A stretch of DNA of 64,000 bases from Candidatus Melainabacteria bacterium 17Bon1m (GCA_032128875.1 JAVLKG010000004.1:1-64000), one strand, 5' to 3'. Numbered from the stretch's first letter, positions 47,300-58,370 are shown. Program-made: numbers and translations. The notes: generated by a model from the letters alone, not told the origin.

Positions 47300-50200
47300 T
47301 TAATAAGACCGGTATGCGCGGCGGCTGGGGCTGACTTCTACTTCAACATAGCCACCACCTGCTGGTGCAGCCGGAGCTTTGTGTGCGACAGGAGCGCGTT
47401 TCGGTTTCTTTTTCTTCTTCGGTCTCGGTGGCGCTGCAGGCTTGACCGCCTCTTCATTTGCAGTAACAGCCGCTTTCTTCTCCTCTTCCTTGTTTTGATT
47501 AAAGGAAGGGAAACCGAACCAACCGCCAGTCGAATGTTCTTCTTTCTTCGGTGCCGGGTTTGGCGGTGCTTTTGCTGCTACAGGAGGCTTGGGTGCTGGC
47601 TTTGGTGGAGCGGGTTTTGGAGCCGCTGCCGGTGTCTTCGCTGTCTCTGGTGGCGTCGACGCAGTATTATCACCAGGGGTGGTGCCTTCGTCCGTGACAC
47701 CAGCAGCAGTAGCATTATTTGTAGTGCCTGAAGTTGCAGCTGTTGTGTCGCTCGAGTTAGGCGCAGTAGTCGAATCAGTTGAATTCGCGGTCGAACTGTT
47801 CGCGTTATTTGTGTCTGTGCTCGGAGCAGTCGCAGACTGCGCACTTTCAGTCGATTGTTGATTGTTTGAATTAACGTTGGTCAACAACCAAGTTGCAATA
47901 CCAATTCCAGCGAAAATAAATACAGCAACTGCGACACCGGCGATGAGCAATCCCTTTCCGCCTTTCTTCGCTTGCGGCGCAGAACCATCGAAGTTATCCG
48001 TGCCTTCGTCCGGAGCGTATTCTTTGTCAACAAACGTGGGCAAGCGTCCGCGTTTTTTCGCGCCTTTTGGTGGAGCAGAATGTTCTGATGAAACAGAAAG
48101 GCTGGCAGAGCTTGCTGTTGGTGATGCAACTTCGGTTCCACCTATGTTGTCCGGCATGCCGGTACCAGTAGGCATACTCGCCGAAATCCCCAGGTCGTTC
48201 ACCAAGGTGTTGTTGTCGTTGAACATCTTGCCAAAGTCGACCGGCGCAGAAGAACTCATATTTGTCCAAGGCACCTCCCCTGGTGCATCTGCATTGGGCG
48301 ACGGACTGCCAGGCAACACTGGCGAAATGCGCGAGCTGGATACTTTTGATGCATCTTGAGACTGCGGGTCTGGCGCACCAACATGCGAAATTCCGGGCGG
48401 TGCCTGACCAAACACCGGACCTGTTTGCGGTGCCCAAGCGTTTGCTCCGAATGATGGAGCTGCAGAACCATCTGGTTTTCCAGCACTCGGTGGTGCCGCA
48501 CCAGGCGCACCAAAACCTCCACTCGACGGTCCACTTGAAGCGCTTTGAGCCGCTGGTCCACCTGGCGCACCAGTCATGCCACCTGGCGCACCAGTCATGC
48601 CACCTGGACCACCTGTCCCACCACCTGGTGTAAATGGCGGTGCTGTGCCGGGCGCACCAAAGTCGGCTGCTGCCGATTGTCCAGCAGATCCAAAATCTGC
48701 GCGAGGCTTGAAGTCATCCGGGTTCGAGATCCACGGTACTTCCTGCTTTGCATTCCAATCTGAAGGAACAGGCTGATTTGGTCTTTCTGGCACGACAGCT
48801 TGCTTTGCACTCCAATCAGCAAAAAGCTGCTGGTCAGGCGTTTTTGCAGTAGGTGCAGATGTTGCCGGAGATGGTGGCGGTGTTGTCGGAGCTGGAGCCG
48901 GAACCGGTTTTGGCGGTTGTGCGGGAGCATTCAATGCACCAGGATTAACCGGCGTTGTTGGCTTGGCACCAAATGGTTTCGACCCAGGGTTGAGACTTTG
49001 ATTCAAGTCGGGCGCCGGCCATGTCGATACAGGAAGCGAATCGTGTTCGTCGCTCGAACCATCACTTTGCTTGTTTTGACGACGATCTACAACCGGAACA
49101 ACCTTCGGACCAGGTTGGGGAACGGTCGATTGAGTTGCGGGCGGGGGCATCGACTTAAAGTCGAGCTTGGTCGTTTCTTCCTTCGGCGCTCTACCAAGTT
49201 CTTCTTCGAGCTCCGGCGTAATTTCGATTGATTTCGCATCATCGCCCAGACTGTCACCAAGCGTTTTCGCGATCGCTTGAATGTATGCAACGTCCATTTT
49301 TGTTAGCGATGCACGAGGATTTGGTTTGGGAATCTTCGCGAGCGCTTCCGGCGAAAGCGGATGCGAATTGATATCAACCGCGACGTATCCTTTCGGCGCG
49401 TCCTTTCCAACGGGAGCCGCTTGCTGTGCCGTTGCGTCGCCGGTGGGCAAAGATGCGGAGTCATCAAACGGAGGCTTCGGCTGATTATTTGGCAACGTTG
49501 TCGCCGCATCGAATTGTTTTGGTGTGGCTGATTGTCCAACACCCGGCGGTGGAGTGAAATTTCCTTGTTGAATTGCTTGGTCTGGAGCCGCCTGTGCAGC
49601 TGCACTCTGTCCTGGTGCACTTTGTCCCGCTGCAGTCGGTCCCGCCGAAGTTTGTACAGCTCCGGCACCAGCCCCCGCACCATTTTGCGGCATTGCAGGT
49701 TGTCCCTGCATAGACTTTGTCGGCTTCGGACCGACATTCTTTGCCCACTGCGCGATTTCTGCATCGTCGCTATTCGGCGCCCAGAGCTTGATCGCGTTGT
49801 GGAAATCTTTCATCGTCTGATAACGAAGATCTGGATCCTTCGCCATTGCAATCGCCAAAATCTGGTGCGCGAGATTGTCATCTTTCAGAGAAGGGACAAG
49901 GTCACCGAGTTTTGGTGGCTCTTGCGAAACGTGCATGTTGCGAAGTTCTTCCAGCGATGACGCTTTGAAAGGTAACTGACCGGTCAACCCCTGGAACATA
50001 ACAACTGCCAGCGAATAGATGTCTGATCTCGCGTCCAGCTCTTTTCCGTTCCAGCGCTCCGGACTTATATATGCAGGGCTGCCGCAGAGAGTGCCTGAAA
50101 GAGTGAGTCTTTCCATGTCGCCTTGCAGCAATGCAAAGCCGAAGTCCAGCAAGCGCACGCGTTCATCGGTCTTTTCACGCGGTAGAAGAATAATGTTGTC

Positions 50201-50653
50201 CGGCTTGATGTCGCGGTGCAAAACCCCGCTCTGGTGCGCGTGTGCCAATCCGGCAGACGCTTGAAAGATAATCGCCCGCATCAATTTAGGAGGAATGGCG
50301 CCGCGGTCGTTGAGCAACTCCTCGAGAGTATGTCCATCTAGGTAGTCCATCACGAGGAATGGCTGCCCGTTTGTATGAACAAAGCAGTCGTAGACCGAGA
50401 CTATATTCGGGTGCCGCAATTTGCTGAGCGCGACTGCTTCTTTCTCGAAGCGCTTGATGATCGTTTGGTCTTCAACAAGATTGGACTGCAGCGTCTTCAT
50501 TGCTACAGACCGGTCCATAAAAAGGTGTTGACCCTTATAGACGATGCTAAATCTGCCCGCGCCCACCAGTTCGGTGATACGGTAGCGCTCGGCGAGAATT
50601 TTGCCGATTAATGGGTCGTTTGTTGTTGGGGTAAAAGTCATGTCAGCTCGCAA
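47300..50653 (-). CDS. Hanks-type Ser/Thr kinase with long Pro/Gly-rich linker and TM helix
   Basis: VAMK, HRDIKPDN, LLDFG, GSPAYISPE, SDIYS; TM LLIAGVAVAVFIFAGIGIATWLL. Confidence 0.93.
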   Translation of the reverse strand: MRADMTFTPTTNDPLIGKILAERYRITELVGAGRFSIVYKGQHLFMDRSVAMKTLQSNLVEDQTIIKRFEKEAVALSKLRHPNIVSVYDCFVHTNGQPFLVMDYLDGHTLEELLNDRGAIPPKLMRAIIFQASAGLAHAHQSGVLHRDIKPDNIILLPREKTDERVRLLDFGFALLQGDMERLTLSGTLCGSPAYISPERWNGKELDARSDIYSLAVVMFQGLTGQLPFKASSLEELRNMHVSQEPPKLGDLVPSLKDDNLAHQILAIAMAKDPDLRYQTMKDFHNAIKLWAPNSDDAEIAQWAKNVGPKPTKSMQGQPAMPQNGAGAGAGAVQTSAGPTAAGQSAPGQSAAAQAAPDQAIQQGNFTPPPGVGQSATPKQFDAATTLPNNQPKPPFDDSASLPTGDATAQQAAPVGKDAPKGYVAVDINSHPLSPEALAKIPKPNPRASLTKMDVAYIQAIAKTLGDSLGDDAKSIEITPELEEELGRAPKEETTKLDFKSMPPPATQSTVPQPGPKVVPVVDRRQNKQSDGSSDEHDSLPVSTWPAPDLNQSLNPGSKPFGAKPTTPVNPGALNAPAQPPKPVPAPAPTTPPPSPATSAPTAKTPDQQLFADWSAKQAVVPERPNQPVPSDWNAKQEVPWISNPDDFKPRADFGSAGQSAAADFGAPGTAPPFTPGGGTGGPGGMTGAPGGMTGAPGGPAAQSASSGPSSGGFGAPGAAPPSAGKPDGSAAPSFGANAWAPQTGPVFGQAPPGISHVGAPDPQSQDASKVSSSRISPVLPGSPSPNADAPGEVPWTNMSSSAPVDFGKMFNDNNTLVNDLGISASMPTGTGMPDNIGGTEVASPTASSASLSVSSEHSAPPKGAKKRGRLPTFVDKEYAPDEGTDNFDGSAPQAKKGGKGLLIAGVAVAVFIFAGIGIATWLLTNVNSNNQQSTESAQSATAPSTDTNNANSSTANSTDSTTAPNSSDTTAATSGTTNNATAAGVTDEGTTPGDNTASTPPETAKTPAAAPKPAPPKPAPKPPVAAKAPPNPAPKKEEHSTGGWFGFPSFNQNKEEEKKAAVTANEEAVKPAAPPRPKKKKKPKRAPVAHKAPAAPAGGGYVEVEVSPSRRAYRSY

Positions 50654-51115
50654 TCGCTGGGCTTGTCGCTAGGATCCCATCGTACAAAAATCGCCTGTAG
50701 AAAGCTCTGCATAGTAAAACTGTCTGATATTAGATCCAGGTATGTATTAAGGCCTTATATCTGCCCTTTCCAATGGCGATATACCACCTGGGCCGACTAA
50801 ACCCGCAAAATAGAGCTGTCCAACCTGCAAAAAGGGGATTTTGACAAGCCCGTTCGGACTTTTACTCCCCCTGAAGGGATATCGACCCGATATTTAGTGC
50901 ATACGAAGAAGACTTCCCTCCCCGAGGAAATCTGGGAGGGAAGAACTTGTTTGTGGTGGATTAGGTAAGGAGGAAACACTGCACCTGATGGGCTTTCCAT
51001 CAATTGCATTGTCCATCAATGATAGCAGCGGACTTAAAAGGCAGCTGTTAATAAACTTGAAGAGCTGCGAATCAAACACCCAGCAAGCGCTTGATGAAAA
51101 TTCATTAATCCAGGG

Positions 51116-51628
51116 CTACGCGTTTGGCCAGGGTGAGCTGCTGGTTGAAAACGGATTAGAGCCGGCCGGAGAATACAAGAAGTCAAGCGCTGTCCCGGTA
51201 TCGAAACCAGGAGTACCTGCGGCTGTTGCTGCTGCTTTTCCGGGCACTGTGATTTTGATATTGCTCGGGCAGAAGATGTAGACCTGTTCGCTGAGCTTGT
51301 GGAAATCACCATCAAGTGCGGCAGAAGCGCCGGCAACGAAATCTACCAATCTGTTGGCATCAATCTTCTTCATGTTACCCAGCGAAATTGTTGTCGCTGC
51401 GCGGGAGCGCAGGCATTCGACAATTTCTACTGCTTCGTCAAACGAAACAGGCTCGAACATTGAAATCTGGGTGCCGAGTCGCTCTGGTGCTGATGAGCGC
51501 ATTGAGGTCATAGGCACGAGTCTCTTTTCGGCAATTGCCGGAAACAAGTCGACTTCCTTTCTGGCACCACGTCCGCTTCCAGAAGGCAGCGGGATTTCGT
51601 TCATCGTATCTTGGGTGTCGTCAGCCAT
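51116..51628 (-). CDS. sepF: Cell division protein SepF
   Basis: EPVSFDEA...RLVDFVAGA..ALDG...YIFCP. Confidence 0.9.
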   Translation of the reverse strand: MADDTQDTMNEIPLPSGSGRGARKEVDLFPAIAEKRLVPMTSMRSSAPERLGTQISMFEPVSFDEAVEIVECLRSRAATTISLGNMKKIDANRLVDFVAGASAALDGDFHKLSEQVYIFCPSNIKITVPGKAAATAAGTPGFDTGTALDFLYSPAGSNPFSTSSSPWPNA

Positions 51629-51865
51629 AGTAGTCCTTCTTCGATTTTTATCGTTGTAGGTATATTTTGTTGATAAGAGACCGACTATCTACCGTCTTGC
51701 ACAATATCGGTTGGAGCATCTATCGAATATGCCACCTGTGATGGTGTCTTATCTTTGCTCTTATCATAGCTACAATTCTAGTTCATTCCAGGTTTTTCGC
51801 AAGTAGAAAAAGGTGCCATCGCAGACGGTAGCACTCTTGAAACCCGCATGATACCTGGCTTTTGG

Positions 51866-52579
51866 TCAACGATTAATTGCGGCCGCAAGTGCTTCGCATA
51901 TGCGTAAGTCTTCTTTTGTAGTGATTTTGATGTTCCATCTTGTACTCAAGACCACACTCACTTTATATCCCGCCATCTCCATGATTGCGGCATCGTCGGT
52001 GGTGACCCAACCATCAGCTTCTGCGCGTTGATGCGCTTTAAAAAGTTCTGAAAAACGTGCTGCTTGCGGCGTTTGGACTGCGACCAAGTTGGTCCTGTCA
52101 ACTGTCTCGCCGATTATATTGTCATCTACGCGCTTCACCGTATCCGATACCGGACTGCCGACGGTGCATGCTGGTTCTTTTTCTACGCACTTGATGACGT
52201 CATCAAGGATGGTGGCAGTGATTAGCGGTCGAGCTGCATCATGTACCAGAACCGCGTCTGGCTGAGATGCTTGCTGGGAGAGGAATTTCAGACCATTGAA
52301 AACGGAGGCTTGTCTGGTTGCACCTCCCGTGGTGACCGATAACTTCTCCAGTCCTCTGGTAATCCACTTACTCACGTCGGCTTTAACTTCGGCTTCCATA
52401 TCGGCGGCAACCACAATTACTACCCGATCGATTCTCGGGTGTTCGAGAAGACACTTCAGCCCCCATGTATATACGGGAGAGCCGTTCAAAAGCTGGTATT
52501 GCTTTGGTGATTCCTCTCCAAAGCGCTGACCACTGCCGGCGCAGACCAAAACTGCGGCAATTGAGTTAAGAGGGCTCAC
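51866..52579 (-). CDS. ispD: 2-C-methyl-D-erythritol 4-phosphate cytidylyltransferase
   Basis: AGSGQRF..PKQY, GGATRQ, VHDAARP, QTPQ, TDD, NIKITT. Confidence 0.96.
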   Translation of the reverse strand: MSPLNSIAAVLVCAGSGQRFGEESPKQYQLLNGSPVYTWGLKCLLEHPRIDRVVIVVAADMEAEVKADVSKWITRGLEKLSVTTGGATRQASVFNGLKFLSQQASQPDAVLVHDAARPLITATILDDVIKCVEKEPACTVGSPVSDTVKRVDDNIIGETVDRTNLVAVQTPQAARFSELFKAHQRAEADGWVTTDDAAIMEMAGYKVSVVLSTRWNIKITTKEDLRICEALAAAINR

Positions 52580-52583
52580 CTAG

Positions 52584-53396
52584 TTAACCGAGGTCACCAG
52601 AACCGTCTGACATACTTTCCATCGCCGCTTCAACTGCAGCTGGGGCAATCGTTACCGCGGGAGTGTCGCTATCAACTCGTGTATCTGCAAATGAGCTGAC
52701 TTCATCTTTTGCTGATTCAGCTGATGTTTCGCGGATTTCTGAATCCATAAAAGAACCGGAGTCAGCACCGGAATCTGCGCCGGAATCTGTTCCAGTTCCG
52801 TTTGCTTCATCATCAAGCGTGAGTTGGACGACCATGCGGTCAGCCTCGCTATCTTCGCCTGGAGTGGCATCAAATGTAGTGCCGTCGTCTTCCCCTTCTT
52901 TGGCTTTCTTTCTGTCGCTCTTACGCAACTCTGTACGCAATGACTTGGCGTCCTGCGTTAGCCTGAAATAGTCTTGGAACTGCTTTGTTGTTGTCAGCAG
53001 TGGCGAGCGACCATCTTCTTTCTTATTAATAAGTTCGCGCTGCAGCAATTCCTTAATATGGTCGTAAGCACCAGCGCCGCGAATCTTGATGATGTCCGCT
53101 TGAGCAACTGGCTGCTTAATAGCGATTGCAGACAAAGTACGCAACAAAGCGAGAGGCAATTCCATCGGAAGGAATTCATCGATAATCGAAGAATATTGAT
53201 CCTTGACCTGAATGATATATCCGTCGTCATCGGCAATCTCCAGGGCACCATCTCTGGTTTCATAATCCTGGATCAGGTCCAATATAGCTTTTCGCACCAA
53301 TTGCACATCTTCATTGACGATACGTGCAATGGCCTGAGCTCTGACCGGTTTTTCGGTCAAAAATAGAACTGATTCAATTTTTGCTTTTAGACTCAT
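52584..53396 (-). CDS. scpB: SMC complex subunit ScpB
   Basis: IESVLF, TLSAIAIKQPV...IRG, TTKQFQDYF; acidic tail. Confidence 0.93.
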   Translation of the reverse strand: MSLKAKIESVLFLTEKPVRAQAIARIVNEDVQLVRKAILDLIQDYETRDGALEIADDDGYIIQVKDQYSSIIDEFLPMELPLALLRTLSAIAIKQPVAQADIIKIRGAGAYDHIKELLQRELINKKEDGRSPLLTTTKQFQDYFRLTQDAKSLRTELRKSDRKKAKEGEDDGTTFDATPGEDSEADRMVVQLTLDDEANGTGTDSGADSGADSGSFMDSEIRETSAESAKDEVSSFADTRVDSDTPAVTIAPAAVEAAMESMSDGSGDLG

Positions 53397-54835
53397 GGCT
53401 GCATCTCAATTGGTGTTCCGGTCACCTTAAAAGCCTGTCCCAGAGCGGGCGGTTCGGCTCGTACGATATGTACAGGTCCGTAAAACTCTTCTTGTTCTAA
53501 TACTATTTTACCTGCATTTGACAAGAATAGGATCGCCAAAAACGCGTCAACCCAATCTGATTTTGGTCCGAGCATCTTAATTAACTTCAGCAGGGTGAGC
53601 GCGTCTCCAATCTTGATCGACTCTTCCAATAAGCGATCGACACGCGCAATAGTTACTTCGATATCCTCATCGTGCGCCAATTCGAGTATGTCTTCGACAT
53701 CTCGCACATCGATGTAACCATCTGTCTGAATGCGCTGACGAGGTTTTTTCTCTAGGCGCTCCTTCTCGAGCTTTTCAGCGTCTTTCAGGGCGTCGATGAG
53801 TTGTTGGAGTGTAACTTTACGTTGACGATTTTGTTTGTTGTTGGTGCGGCGAACCAGCGCTTTCTCAAGATCTTTTAGTGTGATCTGTCTGGGCTGGTCG
53901 GTATCCATCGCGAGCAAATCTTCATCGAAGTCGATGAAATCATCACCGCCGACATCCAATTCAGCGGAAGCTGCTGCAAGCAGTGCCTCTGCTTTCATCC
54001 TGAGAAGAACGGAAGCGTGGAAAATGATTCTTCCGCTTTGACGTAAGTTTTCTTTTGGTGCGGCGGCAATTGCCTTCAAGAATTTGTCGGTGACGTCGAT
54101 AATATCGATGTTCTTTGGATCGATGTCGCCGGACTCGGCGAGCTTGATCAAGATTTCGATACCGTCGACAGGCTTTTCTGTAACGCTAGCTTCGATGCCG
54201 GTTGATGGATTGCCACTCTGACCGTCTGTCAGAGCGCCCACAGCCGCCGAAGATTCTATTGAACTTTCTATAGAAACAACTGTTGAAGTAGTTTCTATAG
54301 AAACAGTTTCCGTCAAAACCATTTCAGTCGAAACCGCTTCCGTCGAACCTACACTTACGTTTTTTGCTTGTAACGCATTCTCAATCGCACTTTCGATTGT
54401 TATTTGTTCAAATGGCGTGTCGCCAAAAATTGGAATGTCGAACTTTACCGATCTCGAAGTGCCTTTTGATTTCGAAGTGCTGGCTTTAGCAGTTGCCCCC
54501 TTCACGGTGGCTCCCTTCGTGGTCGCGCCTCTGGAAGCTTTCTCTTTCGCCACAACGGAGACATCAAAGTCTTCCAGGATTACGCCGTCATTCAAATCCA
54601 TTGAAGCTGGTTCGATTGAAACATCAACCGAGCGCTCAATAGAGACCTCTACGGATCTATCGAATGAAACATCAACCGAACTTTCGATCGATACTTCGAC
54701 TTGTGTTTGGTTTGCACTGTTTTCCGCGACAACCGTCTTCAGACCTTCCACCGCTTGGGCAGCCGGATCTACCGCCTGCGCGATAGCAGGGGCTGGACTC
54801 GGGTTTACTGTTGTAGGGTCATGACCGTCCATCAA
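53393..54835 (-). CDS. scpA: Kleisin ScpA with long N-terminal extension
   Basis: GDIDPKNIDIIDVTDKFL, ASVLLRMKAEAL, FLAILFL...LEQEEFYG; start uncertain. Confidence 0.9.
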   Translation of the reverse strand: MMDGHDPTTVNPSPAPAIAQAVDPAAQAVEGLKTVVAENSANQTQVEVSIESSVDVSFDRSVEVSIERSVDVSIEPASMDLNDGVILEDFDVSVVAKEKASRGATTKGATVKGATAKASTSKSKGTSRSVKFDIPIFGDTPFEQITIESAIENALQAKNVSVGSTEAVSTEMVLTETVSIETTSTVVSIESSIESSAAVGALTDGQSGNPSTGIEASVTEKPVDGIEILIKLAESGDIDPKNIDIIDVTDKFLKAIAAAPKENLRQSGRIIFHASVLLRMKAEALLAAASAELDVGGDDFIDFDEDLLAMDTDQPRQITLKDLEKALVRRTNNKQNRQRKVTLQQLIDALKDAEKLEKERLEKKPRQRIQTDGYIDVRDVEDILELAHDEDIEVTIARVDRLLEESIKIGDALTLLKLIKMLGPKSDWVDAFLAILFLSNAGKIVLEQEEFYGPVHIVRAEPPALGQAFKVTGTPIEMQP

Positions 54836-54839
54836 TTCC

Positions 54840-57800
54840 TCAAGCGCTTATAGCGGCTGCATGCTGTTCTTCATCAGGAATGTGAATTTCCTTGATGCCG
54901 ACAGTTCTGGAGAAACCGTCTGCGCGGAGTGAAACTCCAATAGCGTGATCGGAATTTTCGATCATCGGGCGACGGAGGCTAACCACAACGAATTGTGCTT
55001 GCTCCGATTGAGCTTTGACCATACGAGCCAAACGCTCGGCGTTCGAGCCGTCCAACATCATGTCGACTTCGTCGAATGCGTAGAACGGAGCCGGTGCATA
55101 TCTCTGGAACGCGAACACGAAGGAAAGCGCCGTCAGTGACTTTTCTCCACCAGAGAGAGCCTCGATGCGTTGCATCTTCTTCTCTCTTGGTTGAGCGCGA
55201 ATAATAAGACCGCCGCTGAAGGGATCTTCCGGATTCTCCAGTTCCAAGCGACCGGAACCATGTGAGAGTTCAGCGAAGATGGTCTGGAAGTTGGCGTTGA
55301 TAGCGTCGAAGGCTTCCATAAAGGTCCGCTTCTTCAGCTCGTCGTAGCCGGCGATACGTTGGAGAATCTCGTCGTGCTCGACCGTGAGTACATTGAGGTG
55401 GTCGTCCAATTCTTTCTTGCGCTGATCTGTTTGGTTGTAGTCTTCCAGCGCCTTCATGTTGACCGGTTCTAACGCACGCATGCGTTTTTCCAATCTTTCG
55501 ACCTGATGTTTGAGCTGGTCGACCGTACCTTGATTTGGTGGCTCGTATCCAGGGTTTTCTTCCAGGACGCGTTCAATCTCGGCCTTGAGTTGGACCAATT
55601 GATTCTGCAAATCAAAGTGCGCAAGCTTTCTTTCCTTGCGCTGCTCTGCAATATGGATTTGTTCTTGCTCGACTTTGGTTCTGTCTACTTCAAGACCTGT
55701 GAGCTTCTCGTGAATGTTGTCTTTAGCGGCTCTGAGCCCTTCGAGTTCCTCTGAAAGAACGGTAATTTGTTGTTCTTTCTGTTGAATAGATTCGCGCAGT
55801 TCGCTAATAACCTTGTCGAACTGTGGCTTCTGCGCTTCCAGCTCTGCCATTTCGGACGTCGAGGTGGTGAGCTGTTGCGACAGTTGCTCGCGGTTGTTTG
55901 TCTCTAGTCTTTCTTCCGTCTCAAGCGTGTCGGTAAGACGCTGAATGTCTTTCAGTTCTTTCTCGACAGCTTCCAAACCTTCACGCAAGTCTTCGGATTC
56001 AGTGATGAGCTCTTCGATTCGAGTCTTCTTGCCGACATCACGTACTTCATTGAGCGAGTCTTCCAACTTGGCGATCTGCTTGCCGAGATCCTTCAATGAG
56101 GCATCGAGACCGGACATCTCTTGATCGATCTTGTCGATTTCGTCGCCGTGCTCTCTCAATTTAGGTTTGACGCCTTCAATATCATTTTCCAAATCGATCT
56201 GGGCTTTGCGCTTCGCTTCAACTTCTACGAGTCTTTGGGAAAGCTCAGCACGCAAGTTATTTGCCTTAGCGCGCTCATCTGTAAGCGCCGCTTCTGTTTC
56301 TTTGAGCGACTCTTGAGCCCATTTGATCTGATCTCTGAGGTTTTTTGTTGTCTGTTTTAAAACAGCAAGGTCGGTCTCACCACGTGATGAGAAGTGCAGT
56401 TTGGCTTTGTTGTCCATACCGCCGGAAATAGAACCGGACTTGTCGAACAATTCGCCTTCGAGCGTGACCATGCGCGCCTGGTTGATCAGTTTGCGACCAA
56501 CTTCCATATCTTCAACGATGATGGTTTGTCCGCAAGCGTACTGAAAGGCGCGGGCAAAGCGCGGGTTGAAATCAATAAGGTTATAGGCAAAATCAATAAC
56601 ACCCGGGCGATTTGGCAGGAGACCCGGAGGTTGGGTTTGAATCTTATTAAGAGGAACGAAAGTTGCACGACCTGCTTGGTGCTTCTTCAAATAATTGATG
56701 CACTCTTGAGCAATTTGATCGTCGTCGACAACTACGTGACCGAGGCGCGGTCCGATAGCGATTTCCAATGCATTTGTATATTCATCGGAAACATTACCGA
56801 GTTGGCCGATTGTTCCATGAACACCAGGAATATTCGCATTGAGAATAGCTTCGACAGCACGTCCATAGCCGCTTTCGCCGACTACTTCTTTGGTCGTCTC
56901 CAACTCAATCAAGCGCTTTTGCATTGATTCCAATGCCGAACGCTTGCCTTCGATTTCTTCTCTTGTCGATTGCATTTCCGCTTCGAGCTGATGGATTGTC
57001 CTATCCACGCCCGTTACGAGTGCTTCGTGATCTTGATACTTCCGCTCGAACTGAGCGACGGTCGTCTTCGATGCTGACAAAAGTCCAATCGAATTGGTTG
57101 CCTTATCGCGCAAAACGACCAACTCTTTTTCAAGATTGGTCTTGGTAGTTGTAAGCTCTGTCTTTCTAACTTCCAGCTTGTGCCGGTCATCTCGAAGCGC
57201 TTGCAAGTCTGTGTGCAAGCTTGCGACTTTCTCGGAAGAAGAGTCTTTCTCCTGACGCATCACTTCGATTTCGGCCATGACGGCGCTGTAAGCACCTTGC
57301 TTCTCCATCAATCCAAGCTGCACAGCCTGCATATCTTCGCCGTGCTGTTTCTTTTGCTTGGTGATGTCGTTGAGGTGTTTGTCGATCGCTTTGATCTGTT
57401 GTTGAACCGATTTGATCAGCTTCGCTTTTTCGCCAATGACACCGGCGAGGTTGCTGGCTTTGTTTTCTTCCCGGGTCAATTCCCCTCTTTGGTTTTCCAA
57501 TTCTTGTCTGAGGAGAAGCTGCTCGTTGCCGCCCTTCTCGCGGATTTCTTGCTCGAGTGCGCCGAGTTCTGCACGCAACTTCACGAGATTGATTTCAACC
57601 TCTTCGAGTTTTGCTTGCAGTTCTTCTTCTTTCTTGTCGAGTTTTTCCAGCTCTTTGCGTTCGGTTTCGAGCTTGGCTTCAGTCTCGGAATGCCTTACGA
57701 ATACAAGGTCTTTCTCGAGGGTTTCTTTCTGGGTTTTTAGTTCGAGATATTTGAGAGCGTGATCTCTATCCGATCTAAGTTGTTCCAGGCGAACCGCAAT

Positions 57801-58370
57801 TTCTGCCAACACGATGCGCTGGTGGTCTATTTTTTCGGCTACAGCAGCCAGTTCGTTCTTTGCTTGATCGATACGGCGATCGAATTCGGCGACGCCGGCA
57901 AGTTCGTCGATGATTTTGCGACGCTCTGAACCGCTCATGGTCACGATGCCTGTGACGTCACCTTGCATGATGACGTTGTAGCCGGTTGGGCTGACGTTGT
58001 ACTTCGTCAGCTCGTCGTGAATCTCGGAAAGTGTGGCATTACGCCCATTCAGCATATAAGTGCTGGTATAACCGTTATCCTTTACACGGATACGGCGAGA
58101 TACTTCAATCTCCTTTTCCTTATCGTCAGTGAAGCGCACAGTGACTTTCGCTTCGTTTTTGCCGGAGAGATTGTTCAAAAGATCAGGTAGTCTTTCCGCT
58201 CGCATTGTTCGAGTGGACGAAAGACCTAGGGCAAATAGTAGGCTGTCGATGATATTCGACTTGCCCGATCCGTTTGGACCGGAGATGGTCGTAAACCCGT
58301 CTAGAAGCGGAACTCGAGTTACCTTACCGAACGACTTGAAGTTGTCAAGTTCGATTTCCTTGATTCTCAA
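54840..58370 (-). CDS. smc: Chromosome segregation protein SMC
   Basis: NFKSF, GPNGSGKSN, hinge GRATFVPL and GSISGG, LSGGEKS, FDEVD. Confidence 0.98.
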   Translation of the reverse strand: MRIKEIELDNFKSFGKVTRVPLLDGFTTISGPNGSGKSNIIDSLLFALGLSSTRTMRAERLPDLLNNLSGKNEAKVTVRFTDDKEKEIEVSRRIRVKDNGYTSTYMLNGRNATLSEIHDELTKYNVSPTGYNVIMQGDVTGIVTMSGSERRKIIDELAGVAEFDRRIDQAKNELAAVAEKIDHQRIVLAEIAVRLEQLRSDRDHALKYLELKTQKETLEKDLVFVRHSETEAKLETERKELEKLDKKEEELQAKLEEVEINLVKLRAELGALEQEIREKGGNEQLLLRQELENQRGELTREENKASNLAGVIGEKAKLIKSVQQQIKAIDKHLNDITKQKKQHGEDMQAVQLGLMEKQGAYSAVMAEIEVMRQEKDSSSEKVASLHTDLQALRDDRHKLEVRKTELTTTKTNLEKELVVLRDKATNSIGLLSASKTTVAQFERKYQDHEALVTGVDRTIHQLEAEMQSTREEIEGKRSALESMQKRLIELETTKEVVGESGYGRAVEAILNANIPGVHGTIGQLGNVSDEYTNALEIAIGPRLGHVVVDDDQIAQECINYLKKHQAGRATFVPLNKIQTQPPGLLPNRPGVIDFAYNLIDFNPRFARAFQYACGQTIIVEDMEVGRKLINQARMVTLEGELFDKSGSISGGMDNKAKLHFSSRGETDLAVLKQTTKNLRDQIKWAQESLKETEAALTDERAKANNLRAELSQRLVEVEAKRKAQIDLENDIEGVKPKLREHGDEIDKIDQEMSGLDASLKDLGKQIAKLEDSLNEVRDVGKKTRIEELITESEDLREGLEAVEKELKDIQRLTDTLETEERLETNNREQLSQQLTTSTSEMAELEAQKPQFDKVISELRESIQQKEQQITVLSEELEGLRAAKDNIHEKLTGLEVDRTKVEQEQIHIAEQRKERKLAHFDLQNQLVQLKAEIERVLEENPGYEPPNQGTVDQLKHQVERLEKRMRALEPVNMKALEDYNQTDQRKKELDDHLNVLTVEHDEILQRIAGYDELKKRTFMEAFDAINANFQTIFAELSHGSGRLELENPEDPFSGGLIIRAQPREKKMQRIEALSGGEKSLTALSFVFAFQRYAPAPFYAFDEVDMMLDGSNAERLARMVKAQSEQAQFVVVSLRRPMIENSDHAIGVSLRADGFSRTVGIKEIHIPDEEQHAAAISA

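Noticed and set aside
47381-49960. Numerous antisense ORFs over the kinase linker (similar ones over smc and asd)
   Set aside because: Shadow frames of low-complexity or codon-biased genes.
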